From Deltaproteobacteria bacterium (GTDB taxonomy: Bacteria; Desulfobacterota; Binatia; HRBIN30; JACQVA1): 64,000 bases of DNA. Position numbers and translations under genes: made by a program. The stretch spans positions 4,951 to 68,950 of the forward strand of contig JACOST010000028.1 of assembly GCA_016178705.1 (NCBI GenBank), written 5' to 3'. This document shows, piece by piece, positions 1 to 9,778 of the stretch; position 1 is the first letter of the stretch, and the number at the start of each line of letters is the position of its first letter. The notes under the pieces are model-generated. The model saw nothing but the letters and a program-made list of their open reading frames with translations, ran no database searches and had not been told where the DNA came from.

Positions 1-426
1 TGAAAGGCGTGTAGAAGGTCCACCCGGTATCGACGCCGCCGGTGACCATAGCGAACAACGTGAACAGCGCGCCGACGACGTAGATGTACCAACTCAGCAG
101 GTTGAGCCGCGGGAACGCGAGGTCGCGGGCGCCGATCATGATGGGAATGAGAAAATTACCCAGTACGGCGGGAATCGACGGCACCAGGAAGAAGAAGATC
201 ATCACGATGCCGTGCATGGTGAACAGCTTGTTGTAAGTGTCCGCCGTCACCAGGTCGCCCGCGGGGGTGAGCAATTCGAGGCGGATCAGCAACGCGAACA
301 CGCCGCCGAGAAAGAACATCAGCGTGATCGATGCCAGATAGAGCAAGGCGATCCGCTTGTGGTCCACGGTCAGCAGCCACGACCGGATGCCGTAGTCGGC
401 GTTGAGATAGTGTGTGCGGGGTTCCA
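1..426 (-). CDS. coxA: Cytochrome c oxidase subunit I, N-terminal part (gene continues beyond window start). It is not in the ORF track because there is no stop within the window
   Basis: Manual minus-strand translation gives [31 protein letters not shown]...[13 protein letters not shown]...GWTFYTPF, the canonical COX1 N-terminus. ATG at ~424-426. Confidence 0.85.
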
Positions 427-557
427 TAGGATTGGGGGTCAGACGATAATCGCAAGACGCGGGCGGGCCGCCCGCGCTACCGGGATGCTCTTGGATCCGG
501 TAGGGCGGGCCGCCCGCCCGCCTCCCTTCATTCTTGGAAGGCTCTTGATGGGGTGAC

Positions 558-1520
558 TCACGAGTGTGACTCCTGTCTGACCGGCCCCTGATCCCCAACC
601 CCCAGCCCCTTGAGATACGCGATCAACTGCAGCAGGCCCTCTTCGCTTACCAGGCCTTTGAACGTCGGCATGATCGGTTGATAGCCGGCGACGATCTTCG
701 CTTGCGGGTTGAGGATCGAATCACGCACGTAGGCTTCGTCGACGACGATGGTGTCGCCGCTCTGCATCTGGACCTTCTTGCCGAAGAGGCCATCGAGCGC
801 CGGACCGCGCGCGCCCGACTCGCCGCTGTGGCAGGTCACGCAGCCGAGTTGCTGGAAGAGCGTTTCGCCCGCCGACACCAGCGACTGCTTGACCCCGCCG
901 CTGAGCCACCCCTCGTAATCAGCCGGTTCCATCACGATCACCGATCCGATCATGCCGGAGTGCTGCGTGCCGCAGTACTCGGCGCAAAAGAGATGATACG
1001 TGCCGGGCTTGGTGGCCTCGAACCACGTCGCGGTGTAGCGGCCGGGAATCGCGTCTTGCTTGATGCGAAACGCCGGCACGTAAAAGCTGTGGATCACGTC
1101 TTCCGACGTCATCGTCACTTTCACCGGGCGACCGACCGGCACATGCAGCTCGTTGATCTCGCGCTGCCCCTCGATGTGTTGCAGCTTCCACATCCACTGC
1201 TTGCCGACGGCGAAGACTTGCAGCGCGTTGTCGGGCGGCCGTTGCAGTCGCACGAATACGCTCGCGCCCCACACGAACATGACCATCGCGATGCCGAACG
1301 GAATGATCGTCCACACCAACTCTAACGCAAGCGCCCCTTCGATGGCGTGCGGCCGATCGGTAGCCGAGCGACGCCGATAGCGGACTGCAAACACGACCAG
1401 CAGCACCGCGATCAGCGCAGCGAAGAACGCGCTCACCGCACACAGGAAAAAGAACAGCGCGTCCACGTCCTTCGCGACGGTGGAGGCTTGCTCCGGAAAC
1501 AGTGGCAGGTGCGACAGCAT
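558..1520 (-). CDS. coxB: Cytochrome c oxidase subunit II, caa3-type, with a C-terminal cytochrome c domain
   Basis: CuA site [14 protein letters not shown]-terminal CVTCH heme motif. Two N-terminal TM helices. Start MLSHLPLF chosen inside the long GC-rich ORF 558..2522. Confidence 0.9.
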   Translation of the reverse strand: MLSHLPLFPEQASTVAKDVDALFFFLCAVSAFFAALIAVLLVVFAVRYRRRSATDRPHAIEGALALELVWTIIPFGIAMVMFVWGASVFVRLQRPPDNALQVFAVGKQWMWKLQHIEGQREINELHVPVGRPVKVTMTSEDVIHSFYVPAFRIKQDAIPGRYTATWFEATKPGTYHLFCAEYCGTQHSGMIGSVIVMEPADYEGWLSGGVKQSLVSAGETLFQQLGCVTCHSGESGARGPALDGLFGKKVQMQSGDTIVVDEAYVRDSILNPQAKIVAGYQPIMPTFKGLVSEEGLLQLIAYLKGLGVGDQGPVRQESHS

Positions 1521-1525
1521 GAGAC

Positions 1526-2446
1526 TTATATTCTCCCTCTCCCACTGGGAGAGGGCTGGGGTGAGGGCGGAGCAACGACGGGCTTTCGCTCCCCAACAGA
1601 GGCGAGAGCAATGTCTCGGCGGCGCTGCGCGCGCTCGCGGCGCAGCATAACGATCATGAAGGTAGCGATGCTGAGCACGGTGATGACGCCGCCGAGCCGG
1701 ACCATGTTCAAGGCGACGGCGCCGTAGCGGCCGGTCGCCGGATCGTAGTGGAAGCAGTACAGCAGCAACTGATCGATCGGCGAGCCGATGCGATTCTCCG
1801 CGGCTTCGACCAGTCCGAGTCGCAGATCGCGGGGCGCGTACTCGACACCGAAGAAGTAGCGCGCGATGCGTCCCGCCGGTGTCAGCAGCGTGATGCCGGC
1901 GGCGTGGGCGTACTGCTTTTGCTCGGGGACGTAGGTGTAGCGAAAGCCGATCGCAGCGGCCAAGGCCGTGATCGCCGGCTCGTCGCCGGTTAAGAAGTGC
2001 CAGCCGCGTTCCGCACCCGGGCGCTTGTAGCGTTCGAGGTAGGTCTGCTTCTTCGCCGCGGCGAGTGCCGGCGTTTCGCGCGGGTTGAAACTGACGGTGA
2101 CCACTTCGAATTGTTCGCCTACGTTGAAGCTGAGGACCGCAAGGGCGCTGGCGAGGCCGTTGAGCGTGAGGGTGCAGAGCATCGGGCATTCGTAGTAGAC
2201 CAGCGCGAGGATGACGGGCTTGCTTCCAAAATATTGCCCGAGCTGAACCGCCGCACCGGTTTCGTCGCGGAACATCAAATCCAACGGCACCTGCTGATCG
2301 AGGTGCTGGTCGATACCGACCTCGCGAAGTACGGCGGGCTGCGCGGTGTCTTCCGCGCGTGCGACGGTGGCGAACGCGAGGAGCAGCAGTGCGACAGCGA
2401 GTAGTGGGCGCCAGCCGCCGACCTCCGAACCGTAGGGGCGACGCAT
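1526..2446 (-). CDS. SCO1/SenC copper chaperone for oxidase assembly
   Basis: Thioredoxin-like fold with the CPMLCT (CxxxC) copper-binding motif. N-terminal signal/TM segment. Start MRRPYGS lies inside a palindromic repeat. Confidence 0.8.
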   Translation of the reverse strand: MRRPYGSEVGGWRPLLAVALLLLAFATVARAEDTAQPAVLREVGIDQHLDQQVPLDLMFRDETGAAVQLGQYFGSKPVILALVYYECPMLCTLTLNGLASALAVLSFNVGEQFEVVTVSFNPRETPALAAAKKQTYLERYKRPGAERGWHFLTGDEPAITALAAAIGFRYTYVPEQKQYAHAAGITLLTPAGRIARYFFGVEYAPRDLRLGLVEAAENRIGSPIDQLLLYCFHYDPATGRYGAVALNMVRLGGVITVLSIATFMIVMLRRERAQRRRDIALASVGERKPVVAPPSPQPSPSGRGRI

Positions 2447-2535
2447 GCGTCGCCCTCCGGCGTGACGGCGCGGGGATAGGAAGGCGATGTGTGCGATGAC
2501 ACCGAATCGGAGGGCGACGCATGCGTCGCCCCTAC
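2432..2535. repeat. Inverted pair of GC-rich palindromic REP-like units (GTAGGGGCGACGCATGCGTCGCCCTCCG / its reverse complement)
   Basis: Seen in sequence. The same unit recurs at four other loci. Confidence 0.85.
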
Positions 2536-2556
2536 AAGGACGGGCGGTGGTGCGTA

Positions 2557-2949
2557 TCATCGCGCCACCTTCGTCGGCGCCTGCCGCTGCGCCAGCAATT
2601 CCATTGCGCGCTCGATCGGAATGCGGGTCACGCCGGCCTTGCGATCGACCCAGCCGTAGGTTTGCAGCACCGCGTCTTCTTCGACGCGCATTTGTAGGAG
2701 ATCCTTGCGCGGATCGGTTTGCAGACGCGGCTCGGGCGGCACCTGCCGTCCGAAGCTGTGCGCCAACGGATTCGGCCGCGGGCTCTCTCTCGCCTCGTTT
2801 GTTGCCAGATGCGCGAGCAGTCCCCAGGTCAGCAGCAGCGATCCGCAGAGGAGCACGACCAGTCCGATGAGTCCGCCGACCACCGGCCGCAGGTAGACGT
2901 CGCGCGTCTCGTGGCCGACGTTGGTGCTGTGGGGATCGGAATGCGCCAT
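2557..2949 (-). CDS. Small single-TM membrane protein, possibly an ActG-like subunit of alternative complex III
   Basis: 130-aa product with one hydrophobic helix (LIGLVVLLCGSLLLTWGLL). Position directly downstream of actF. Confidence 0.45.
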   Translation of the reverse strand: MAHSDPHSTNVGHETRDVYLRPVVGGLIGLVVLLCGSLLLTWGLLAHLATNEARESPRPNPLAHSFGRQVPPEPRLQTDPRKDLLQMRVEEDAVLQTYGWVDRKAGVTRIPIERAMELLAQRQAPTKVAR

Positions 2950-2960
2950 GCCCTCAGTGC

Positions 2961-4151
2961 TCACGCGGCCTGCGGCAGCGAGGGATCGTGAATCGCCACC
3001 AGCGACCGACCCTTGAGTTGCCAGATGAAGAACCACAGCCAAATCCCGCCGACAGCAACGACGCAGGCGAGATCGAGCCAATGCACGCTGAACTCCGCCG
3101 GATGAAAGGCCGGCGTGACGAGCCAGAACAAATCGACGAAGCGAATCACGATGACGCCGAAGGCTACCGCGGCCAGCTTGCGAGCATCCCGCTTCACGTC
3201 GCGCGAGAGCAGGATGATGAACGGCAGCACGAAGTGGCCGAGGATCAACGCAATGCCGATCCACTGCCATCCGCCGCGCAGGCGACTGAGGTACCAGGGA
3301 ATCTCTTCGGGCAAATTGGCCGACCAGATGATGAGGAACTGCGACAGCGAGAAGTACGTCCACAACATCACGAACGCCAGCAGCAGTTTGCCGAGGTCAT
3401 GGAATTGCTCGATCTCGATCACATTGGCGAGCGGACCGCCGTCGGCCGCCAACAATGCCGCGAGCGGAATCACGAACGCCATAGCCGCCAGCACCTGGCC
3501 GCCCATGATGAGGATGCCGTAGATGGTCGAGGCCCAGTGCGGCTCGAGCGACATGATCCAGTCGATCGACGCGAAGGTCACGGTGAGGCCGATCAACAGG
3601 AGACCGCCGCGGCTGAGTTGCTCCAGCCAGTTGCCCGGCCCGGGATCGGTGGTGCGATCCTGCTCCAGCGACCAGCGGTTGAGGAAGTGCATCACCGTGA
3701 GCCAGGCACTGAAGTACAATACGGCTCGGGCAAGAAAGAACGGTACGTTGAGATACGCGCTCTTGTGCAACAGCGCCGCGTCGTGCGCGACGTGCTCGGG
3801 CTGCGCCCACGTGTACAGATGGTCGACGCCGAGCGCGATCGGCACGAACAGCACCGCCAGCAACGGTAGCGTGCGGGTACCGCATTCGAGCAAGCGGCGG
3901 ATCACCGCGCCCCACGCCCCGCCGGCGATGTGGTGGATCATCAGGATCGCCATGCTGCCCAGGGCGATGCCGAACCAGAACAGGTAGGCGATCAGATACG
4001 AGCGGAAGAATTGTGTCGGACTAGTCATCGCGCCGGCGCTGCACAGACCGATGCCGAGCACGCCGACCGCCAGCGCGAGTCGCTGCACGCGATTGAGCGC
4101 GTGGTCCGGGCTCAGCCGGATGTCGTCGAAGGCGTGAGCGCGGCTAGTCAT
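2961..4151 (-). CDS. actF: Alternative complex III subunit ActF (NrfD-like integral membrane protein)
   Basis: ~396 aa with multiple TM helices. Homologous in style to actC. Sits in the act gene order. Confidence 0.7.
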   Translation of the reverse strand: MTSRAHAFDDIRLSPDHALNRVQRLALAVGVLGIGLCSAGAMTSPTQFFRSYLIAYLFWFGIALGSMAILMIHHIAGGAWGAVIRRLLECGTRTLPLLAVLFVPIALGVDHLYTWAQPEHVAHDAALLHKSAYLNVPFFLARAVLYFSAWLTVMHFLNRWSLEQDRTTDPGPGNWLEQLSRGGLLLIGLTVTFASIDWIMSLEPHWASTIYGILIMGGQVLAAMAFVIPLAALLAADGGPLANVIEIEQFHDLGKLLLAFVMLWTYFSLSQFLIIWSANLPEEIPWYLSRLRGGWQWIGIALILGHFVLPFIILLSRDVKRDARKLAAVAFGVIVIRFVDLFWLVTPAFHPAEFSVHWLDLACVVAVGGIWLWFFIWQLKGRSLVAIHDPSLPQAA

Positions 4152-4752
4152 GACTCTGTGCCAGTGTCGCCCGTTCAGCCGGCGGGACATCCGACAGCGC
4201 GGCGTGCTGACTGAGCTGGAGCGCTCGTATGTAGGCGACGATCGCCCAGCGATCGGTGACGGGAATTTGCGACGTGTAGTCGGGCATCGCGCCGAAGCCA
4301 CGGCTGATGACATCGAAAACGTAGCCCGGCGCGGTAGCGCGCAGCCGGTCGATGTGCAGCGACGGCGGACGGCGATAGCCGCGGCGCACGATCATGCCCT
4401 CGCCGTTGCCGAGGCGGTCATGGCAGGGCGAGCAATAGATGTCGTAGCGTTCCTGTCCGCGATCGAGTACCTCGCGCGTGATCGGGAGCGGGAAGGTGGC
4501 CACGAAGTCCGCACCTGACTTGCCGGTGTGCAGCGCGTCGTCATCGTCGAGATGGCCGCGCGCGACCGTGTCGGGCACCAGCGGCCGTGACGCACGGCCG
4601 TCGTCGAAGAACGGACTCGATTTGAGCGGCTTGTACTTCGGCTGATCGTGCATGTCCTGCCGACAGCCGGCGAGTAGCAACAGGGCGAAAAGGCAGATAG
4701 CAGATGGCTGATGGCGAATCGCTCCCTTTAGCCGATCTGCGGCGTGCGACAT
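4144..4752 (-). CDS. actE: Alternative complex III subunit ActE, monoheme cytochrome c lipoprotein
   Basis: Single CSPCH heme-binding motif. Lipobox LLLAGC. Confidence 0.75.
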   Translation of the reverse strand: MSHAADRLKGAIRHQPSAICLFALLLLAGCRQDMHDQPKYKPLKSSPFFDDGRASRPLVPDTVARGHLDDDDALHTGKSGADFVATFPLPITREVLDRGQERYDIYCSPCHDRLGNGEGMIVRRGYRRPPSLHIDRLRATAPGYVFDVISRGFGAMPDYTSQIPVTDRWAIVAYIRALQLSQHAALSDVPPAERATLAQSHD

Positions 4753-4779
4753 GCGACGAGTGACCACGCGCGTCTTCAG

Positions 4780-4820
4780 ACAATCCGCAATCCCCAATCC
4801 GCAATCCGCAATCATCAATG
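4780..4820. repeat. AATCCGC heptamer array (about 5 units) at the actD/actE junction
   Basis: caatccgcaatccccaatccgcaatccgcaatcatcaatg. Confidence 0.8.
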
Positions 4821-5351
4821 CTCCACCTCGCTGATTGAACGCGGCACCTGCCGCTCGAGAAAGCGGCGCGTCGTGTCGCGATCGAACAGCGGATCGGTGC
4901 CTTCGATGCACAGGAAGAAGCGGTCGCGCGTCGCCAACGCGAAGCGCGGCACGTTGAACACCGGGTGATACGGCATCGGCAGCCCATTGAGCGCGAGCAT
5001 CCCGAGCACCGCCGTCAGCGCCGCGACCAGCACGGTGCACTCGAACGTGATCGGGATGAACGACACCCAGCTATGGAACGGCCGGCCGCCGACGTTGATG
5101 GGATACTCGATCACCGATGCCCAGTACTGCAACCCGTACCCGCCGAGCCCGCCGAGGATGCCGCCGATGAGCACGAGCAGCGGCAGGCGATTGTGATGGA
5201 AGCCGAGCGCCTCCGACACTTCTTCGATCGGATACGGCGTGTACGCATCGAGCTGGCGGTAGCCCGCCTCGCGGGCGCGGCGCACCGCGGCGATCAATTC
5301 GTTCGGTTCGCTGAACTCGGCCATCAGGCCATGGATCGGCGGTCGCTTCAC
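4815..5351 (-). CDS. actD: Alternative complex III subunit ActD (DUF3341-type membrane protein)
   Basis: 178 aa. TM segment GGILGGLGGYGLQYWASVIEYP. 4-bp overlap with actC. Confidence 0.7.
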   Translation of the reverse strand: MKRPPIHGLMAEFSEPNELIAAVRRAREAGYRQLDAYTPYPIEEVSEALGFHHNRLPLLVLIGGILGGLGGYGLQYWASVIEYPINVGGRPFHSWVSFIPITFECTVLVAALTAVLGMLALNGLPMPYHPVFNVPRFALATRDRFFLCIEGTDPLFDRDTTRRFLERQVPRSISEVEH

Positions 5352-6724
5352 AGCACGCCCTCCTTGACCTCAGCCTCGGGAACGAGCGTGCGCATTTCGA
5401 AGATCGAGATCATTGGCAAGAAGCGCAGGAACAAAAACAGCAAGCTGAGGAACAGTCCGATCGTACCGATGAACGTCGTCCAATCCCAGATCGTGCCGTG
5501 GTACATGCCCCACGACGACGGCAGGAAGTCGCGGTGCAAGCTGGTGACGACGATGATGAAGCGCTCGAGCCACATGCCGACATTGACGAACAGGCAGATG
5601 ACGAAGAGCAGCGGAACAGTGGCGCGCACTTTCCGGAACCACAGCAACTGCGGCACGACCACGTTGCACACCAGCAGCGACCAGTACATCTGCGCGTACG
5701 GACCGAAGAAGCGATTGGTGATCATGAACTGCTCGTAGGGGTTGGCGCTGTACCACGCCATGAAGGCTTCCATCATGTAGCCGTAGGCCACGATGAGGCC
5801 GGTGGCGAGCATGACCCTTCCCATGTAGTCGAGATGGCGTGCGGTGATGAAGTCTTCGAGGCCGTAGGCTTTGCGCAACGGGATCGCCAAGGTCATCACC
5901 ATCGCGAAACCCGCGTAGATCGCACCGGCGACGAAGTACGGCGGGAAAATCGTCGCGTGCCACCCCGGAGTCACACCGACGGCGAAGTCGAAGCTGACTA
6001 TCGTGTGCACCGACACCACCAGTGGCGTCGACAGGCCGGCGAGCAGCAGGTACGCCGTCTCGTAGCGATGCCAATGCGTCGCCGATCCGCGCCATCCCAT
6101 CGCCAGCATGCCGTAAATGAAGCGACCGGCGCGATTCGGCGACCGATCGCGCAACGTGGCGAGGTCGGGAATCAGACCAACGAACCAGAACATCAACGAC
6201 ACGATCGCGTACGTTGACACCGCGAACACGTCCCAAATCAGCGGGCTGCGAAACTGCGGCCACACGCCCATCGTGTTGGGGTAGGGGAGCAGCCAGTAGA
6301 ACAACCACGGCCGGCCGAGGTGGAGCAGCGGGAACATGCCGGCGCATGCAACCGCGAACAACGTCATCGCTTCCGCGAAGCGGTTGATCGAGGTGCGCCA
6401 CTCCTGACGCAGCAACAGTAGGATCGCCGAAATCAGTGTGCCGGCGTGGCCGATGCCGATCCACCACACGAAGTTGATGATGTCGAAGCCCCAGCCGACG
6501 GGGATGTTGACGCCCCAGATTCCGATGCCCTCGGTGAGCAGATAGGCCACCGAGTAAAGGAACAGCATCAGCAGGCTGAACGAGATGGCGAAGCCGACGA
6601 ACCACCAACGCGGCGTCTTCCCGGTCAACACCACCGCGCTGATCTTGTCGGTGACCGAGCCGAACGTATGCCCCGGCCCGATGATCGGGGCCGTCCGAGA
6701 TTCGGGCCGCGAGTCTTGGCTCAT
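5348..6724 (-). CDS. actC: Alternative complex III subunit ActC (NrfD/PsrC-like quinol-interacting membrane subunit)
   Basis: 458 aa, ~10 TM helices, NrfD-family signature regions. 4-bp overlap with actB. Confidence 0.85.
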   Translation of the reverse strand: MSQDSRPESRTAPIIGPGHTFGSVTDKISAVVLTGKTPRWWFVGFAISFSLLMLFLYSVAYLLTEGIGIWGVNIPVGWGFDIINFVWWIGIGHAGTLISAILLLLRQEWRTSINRFAEAMTLFAVACAGMFPLLHLGRPWLFYWLLPYPNTMGVWPQFRSPLIWDVFAVSTYAIVSLMFWFVGLIPDLATLRDRSPNRAGRFIYGMLAMGWRGSATHWHRYETAYLLLAGLSTPLVVSVHTIVSFDFAVGVTPGWHATIFPPYFVAGAIYAGFAMVMTLAIPLRKAYGLEDFITARHLDYMGRVMLATGLIVAYGYMMEAFMAWYSANPYEQFMITNRFFGPYAQMYWSLLVCNVVVPQLLWFRKVRATVPLLFVICLFVNVGMWLERFIIVVTSLHRDFLPSSWGMYHGTIWDWTTFIGTIGLFLSLLFLFLRFLPMISIFEMRTLVPEAEVKEGVL

Positions 6725-9700
6725 CCTCGATCCTCATCGCCGAGTTCCGGATTGGGATTGCGCAGGCGCGCCAAGTAGGTCGTGCGCGGGCGCGTGTTCA
6801 GCTCGCCGAGCAGCGAGTAGTTGCGCGCCTCGGCCTTGAGTTTGGCGACGCGGCTCTGCGGATCGTTGATGTTGCCGAACACGATGGCCTCGGCCGGGCA
6901 GACTTGCTGGCAGGCGGTGACGATTTCGCCGTCGCGGATGCTGCGGTCCTCTTTCTGCGCTTCGATGCGCGCAAAATTAATCCGCTGCACGCAATACGTA
7001 CACTTCTCCATCACGCCACGGGTGCGCACGGTGACATCCGGGTTTTCCGCCATCTTGAGGCTCTCGACAGTTTGGTTCGAGTACAAGAACCAGTTGAAGC
7101 GGCGCACTTTGTAGGGACAGTTGTTCGAGCAATACTTAGTCCCGACGCAGCGGTTGTAGACCATGTCATTGAGGCCTTCGCTGCTGTGCGTGGTGGCGCC
7201 GACCGGGCAGACGACTTCGCACGGCGCGTTCTCGCAATGCATGCACGGGACCGGTTGATGATAGGTCGTCGGGTTGTCGAGGTTGCCGGCGTAGTAGCGA
7301 TCGACGCGTATCCAATGCATCTCGTGCCCGCGCGCAACCTCGGTTTTGCCGACGATCGGAATGTTGTTCTCCGCCTGACACGCAATGGCGCAGGCGTTGC
7401 ATCCGGTACACGAGTTCAGATCGATCGCCATGCCCCACGCGTAGCTGTCGTACGGATGATCGTTCGGGTACAGCGTCATGTCCGCCGGCGGCGGCTCGGC
7501 TAATTCCCGGATGAAGTCGGGATGCGAGCGATACTCCTCGATGGCGCCGGCCAGAGCGAGGTGGCGGCCTTCCATGCTGTGGTGGTGCTGCGTGCAGGCG
7601 AGCGGATACGTCTCGCCGGTTTTGCGCAGCGTAGCGCCGCTCGCCGACCACGGGGCGTTGGCCGTACGAATCGTGTAAGCGTTGAAGCCGCTGCCGTTGC
7701 CGACCCGCCCGGCGCGGGTGCGGCCGTGTCCAAAATGAATCGTGATGGCATCGGCGACGTGGCCGGGCATGATCCAGATCGGCGCTCGCACGCTGCGGCC
7801 GGCGTAGCGCACTTCGACGAGATCTTCGCTGGCGAGCGCAAGCCGCTCGGCGGTGGCCGGCGCGATCAACGCGGCGTTGTCCCACGTCATGCGCGTCAGC
7901 GACTTGGGCAGTTCCTGCAACCAGCCGTTGTTGGCGAAGCGTCCGTCGAAGATGGTCGCGTCCGGCCGGAAGATGATTTCCAACGTGTCGTCCTTGGGAT
8001 TGCGTTCGACGCGGTCGCGCGCCTTGTCCCAGTCGGGTCGCAGCGACACGGACTTCGCGGGCAACGCGCTGCCGGCCACAACGCCGTTGTGCAGCGACTC
8101 GCGCCAGAAGCGCTCGAAGTCGAGCGCCGGGTGTTGGGTCTTCCAATGGTCGCGCACGATGTCGTGGCTGGTGCGATCAGGGTGGTCCGACATCGCGGCC
8201 AGCACTTCGTGCGCGGTCTTGCCGCCGTAGAGCGGGGCGATCAGCGGCTGCATGATCGTGATCGTGCCGTCATAGGCGCGCGCGTCGCTCCAAGATTCGA
8301 GGCAGTGCGCCTCGGGGATGTGCCAATGGCACAGCTCCGACGTCTCGTCGTTGTAGAGGCTGAGGTGAACGCTCAGCGGAACCTTGCTCAGCGCGGCGCC
8401 GAAGGCGATGTCGGCCGGCGCGTTGAACACCGGGTTGCCGCCGAGGATCATCAATGCCGCGACCTTGCCGGCATCCATGTCGGTCACCAATTCGCGCAGC
8501 GAATCGGTTTGCGGGACCACGGAGGCCGAGACCGGATCGGTATGAATCACCGTCTGTCCGTGGTTGCCGAGTGCGTGATTGACGACGTGCACGAGCGTGT
8601 GCACGATCGGCGGCTGCTCATCGCCGGCGATGACAATGCTGGTGCCGCGATGACGTTGCAGGTCGGCCACGATCGTCGCGGTCCAGCGTGGGTGAGCGCC
8701 GAGCCCGCCCGGTGTCTGCACTGGCACGCCCAAAGCCGCCGCGATCGAGCGTGCGAAGTCTTCGATCTCGCCCGGCCGTAGGGCAAGTCGATGATCCGCC
8801 ATCGCGCCGGTGTTCGACGGTGTGCTCTCGACCACGTAGAGCCGATTCATTTCGCTGCGCGGGTTTTGCACGCGGCGTTTGCCGCTGAAGTCGCGTACGT
8901 AGCGCACGTGCGCGGGACCGCATGAGAGGAAGTCCGCGTCGAGCGCGAGCACAACCTCCGCCTTGTCGAAGCGATACTGCGTCTCGACGTTCTCGCCGAA
9001 GGCGCGCCGGGCGCCGGCATACACCTGATCGCGGTTCGCGGGTTCGTACTGGTGCCACTTTGCGAGTGGAAACTCGGTGAGCAGCGCGCGAATCTGGCTG
9101 GCGAGCGTCGGCGAGGTGATCGTCTCAGTGAGCAGCCGCAACCCCGCGCCGCGTTGCTCACGCTGCGCTTCCAACGCGGTGCGCAGGCTGGCGAGCAGCG
9201 CACTCCACGGCCGAATGTCGCCGACGGTGGTAATCACTTGCGAACGATCGGGATCGTAGAGCGTCAACACCGCGGCCTGCGCGAAGGAGTCGGTGGCACC
9301 GAGGCTGGCGGGATGATCCGGGTTGCCCTCGACCTTGGTCGGGCGCCCCATGTGGCTTTCGACCAGCACGCCCGACGCGATGCCGCCGAGGGGAATCGCG
9401 GTGGCGAAGAAGAGCGGTCGACCCGGAACGATCTGCTCGGGCTGTCGGACGTACGGCACGATCTTCTCTTCCGGCTGGCGCGTGCACGCGTTCAAGCCGG
9501 CAAGCGCGAGCGACGCGCCCATCAGTTTCAAAAAGTCGCGCCGCTCGATCCCGTTGCCGCTCTCGCCGAAGGCAGCGCTGTGGCGCGGGAACTCGTTGTG
9601 CAGGAACCACTCGAAGTCGTCGGTCTCGGCCAGCTCTTCGAGGCTGCGCCAGTATTGCTTCCCGGTGGCGTTGGCGAGCTTGCGCCGGATGGCGGCGAGA

Positions 9701-9768
9701 TCGACACGCTTCTTCATCGGTTCGCTGTCGCGCAGTCGTTCCGGTTGTGTGGTCAACTTCTCGTCCAT
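6721..9768 (-). CDS. actB: Alternative complex III subunit ActB: fused molybdopterin-oxidoreductase-like domain plus 4Fe-4S ferredoxin domain, Tat-exported
   Basis: Twin-arginine signal RRDFLKLMGASLALAG. C-terminal Cys clusters CTGCNACAIAC and CMHCENAPCEVVCP. Confidence 0.9.
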   Translation of the reverse strand: MDEKLTTQPERLRDSEPMKKRVDLAAIRRKLANATGKQYWRSLEELAETDDFEWFLHNEFPRHSAAFGESGNGIERRDFLKLMGASLALAGLNACTRQPEEKIVPYVRQPEQIVPGRPLFFATAIPLGGIASGVLVESHMGRPTKVEGNPDHPASLGATDSFAQAAVLTLYDPDRSQVITTVGDIRPWSALLASLRTALEAQREQRGAGLRLLTETITSPTLASQIRALLTEFPLAKWHQYEPANRDQVYAGARRAFGENVETQYRFDKAEVVLALDADFLSCGPAHVRYVRDFSGKRRVQNPRSEMNRLYVVESTPSNTGAMADHRLALRPGEIEDFARSIAAALGVPVQTPGGLGAHPRWTATIVADLQRHRGTSIVIAGDEQPPIVHTLVHVVNHALGNHGQTVIHTDPVSASVVPQTDSLRELVTDMDAGKVAALMILGGNPVFNAPADIAFGAALSKVPLSVHLSLYNDETSELCHWHIPEAHCLESWSDARAYDGTITIMQPLIAPLYGGKTAHEVLAAMSDHPDRTSHDIVRDHWKTQHPALDFERFWRESLHNGVVAGSALPAKSVSLRPDWDKARDRVERNPKDDTLEIIFRPDATIFDGRFANNGWLQELPKSLTRMTWDNAALIAPATAERLALASEDLVEVRYAGRSVRAPIWIMPGHVADAITIHFGHGRTRAGRVGNGSGFNAYTIRTANAPWSASGATLRKTGETYPLACTQHHHSMEGRHLALAGAIEEYRSHPDFIRELAEPPPADMTLYPNDHPYDSYAWGMAIDLNSCTGCNACAIACQAENNIPIVGKTEVARGHEMHWIRVDRYYAGNLDNPTTYHQPVPCMHCENAPCEVVCPVGATTHSSEGLNDMVYNRCVGTKYCSNNCPYKVRRFNWFLYSNQTVESLKMAENPDVTVRTRGVMEKCTYCVQRINFARIEAQKEDRSIRDGEIVTACQQVCPAEAIVFGNINDPQSRVAKLKAEARNYSLLGELNTRPRTTYLARLRNPNPELGDEDRG

Positions 9769-9778
9769 TGAGTGTCGC

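Noticed and set aside
678-2404. Multiple long plus-strand ORFs (678..1325, 1347..1727, 1997..2404) and the 654-aa ORF extension of coxB
   Set aside because: They lie antisense to, or in the wrong frame of, clearly identifiable coxB/SCO1 genes. Their Arg/Ala-rich, low-complexity translations are typical of stop-poor GC-rich DNA.
5370-8781. Large alternative-frame ORFs (5370..6737 -, 7166..8146 -, 7522..8781 +, 5498..6217 +) overlapping actB/actC
   Set aside because: ActB and ActC are unambiguous from Tat signal, Fe-S and NrfD motifs. The overlapping frames give junk composition.
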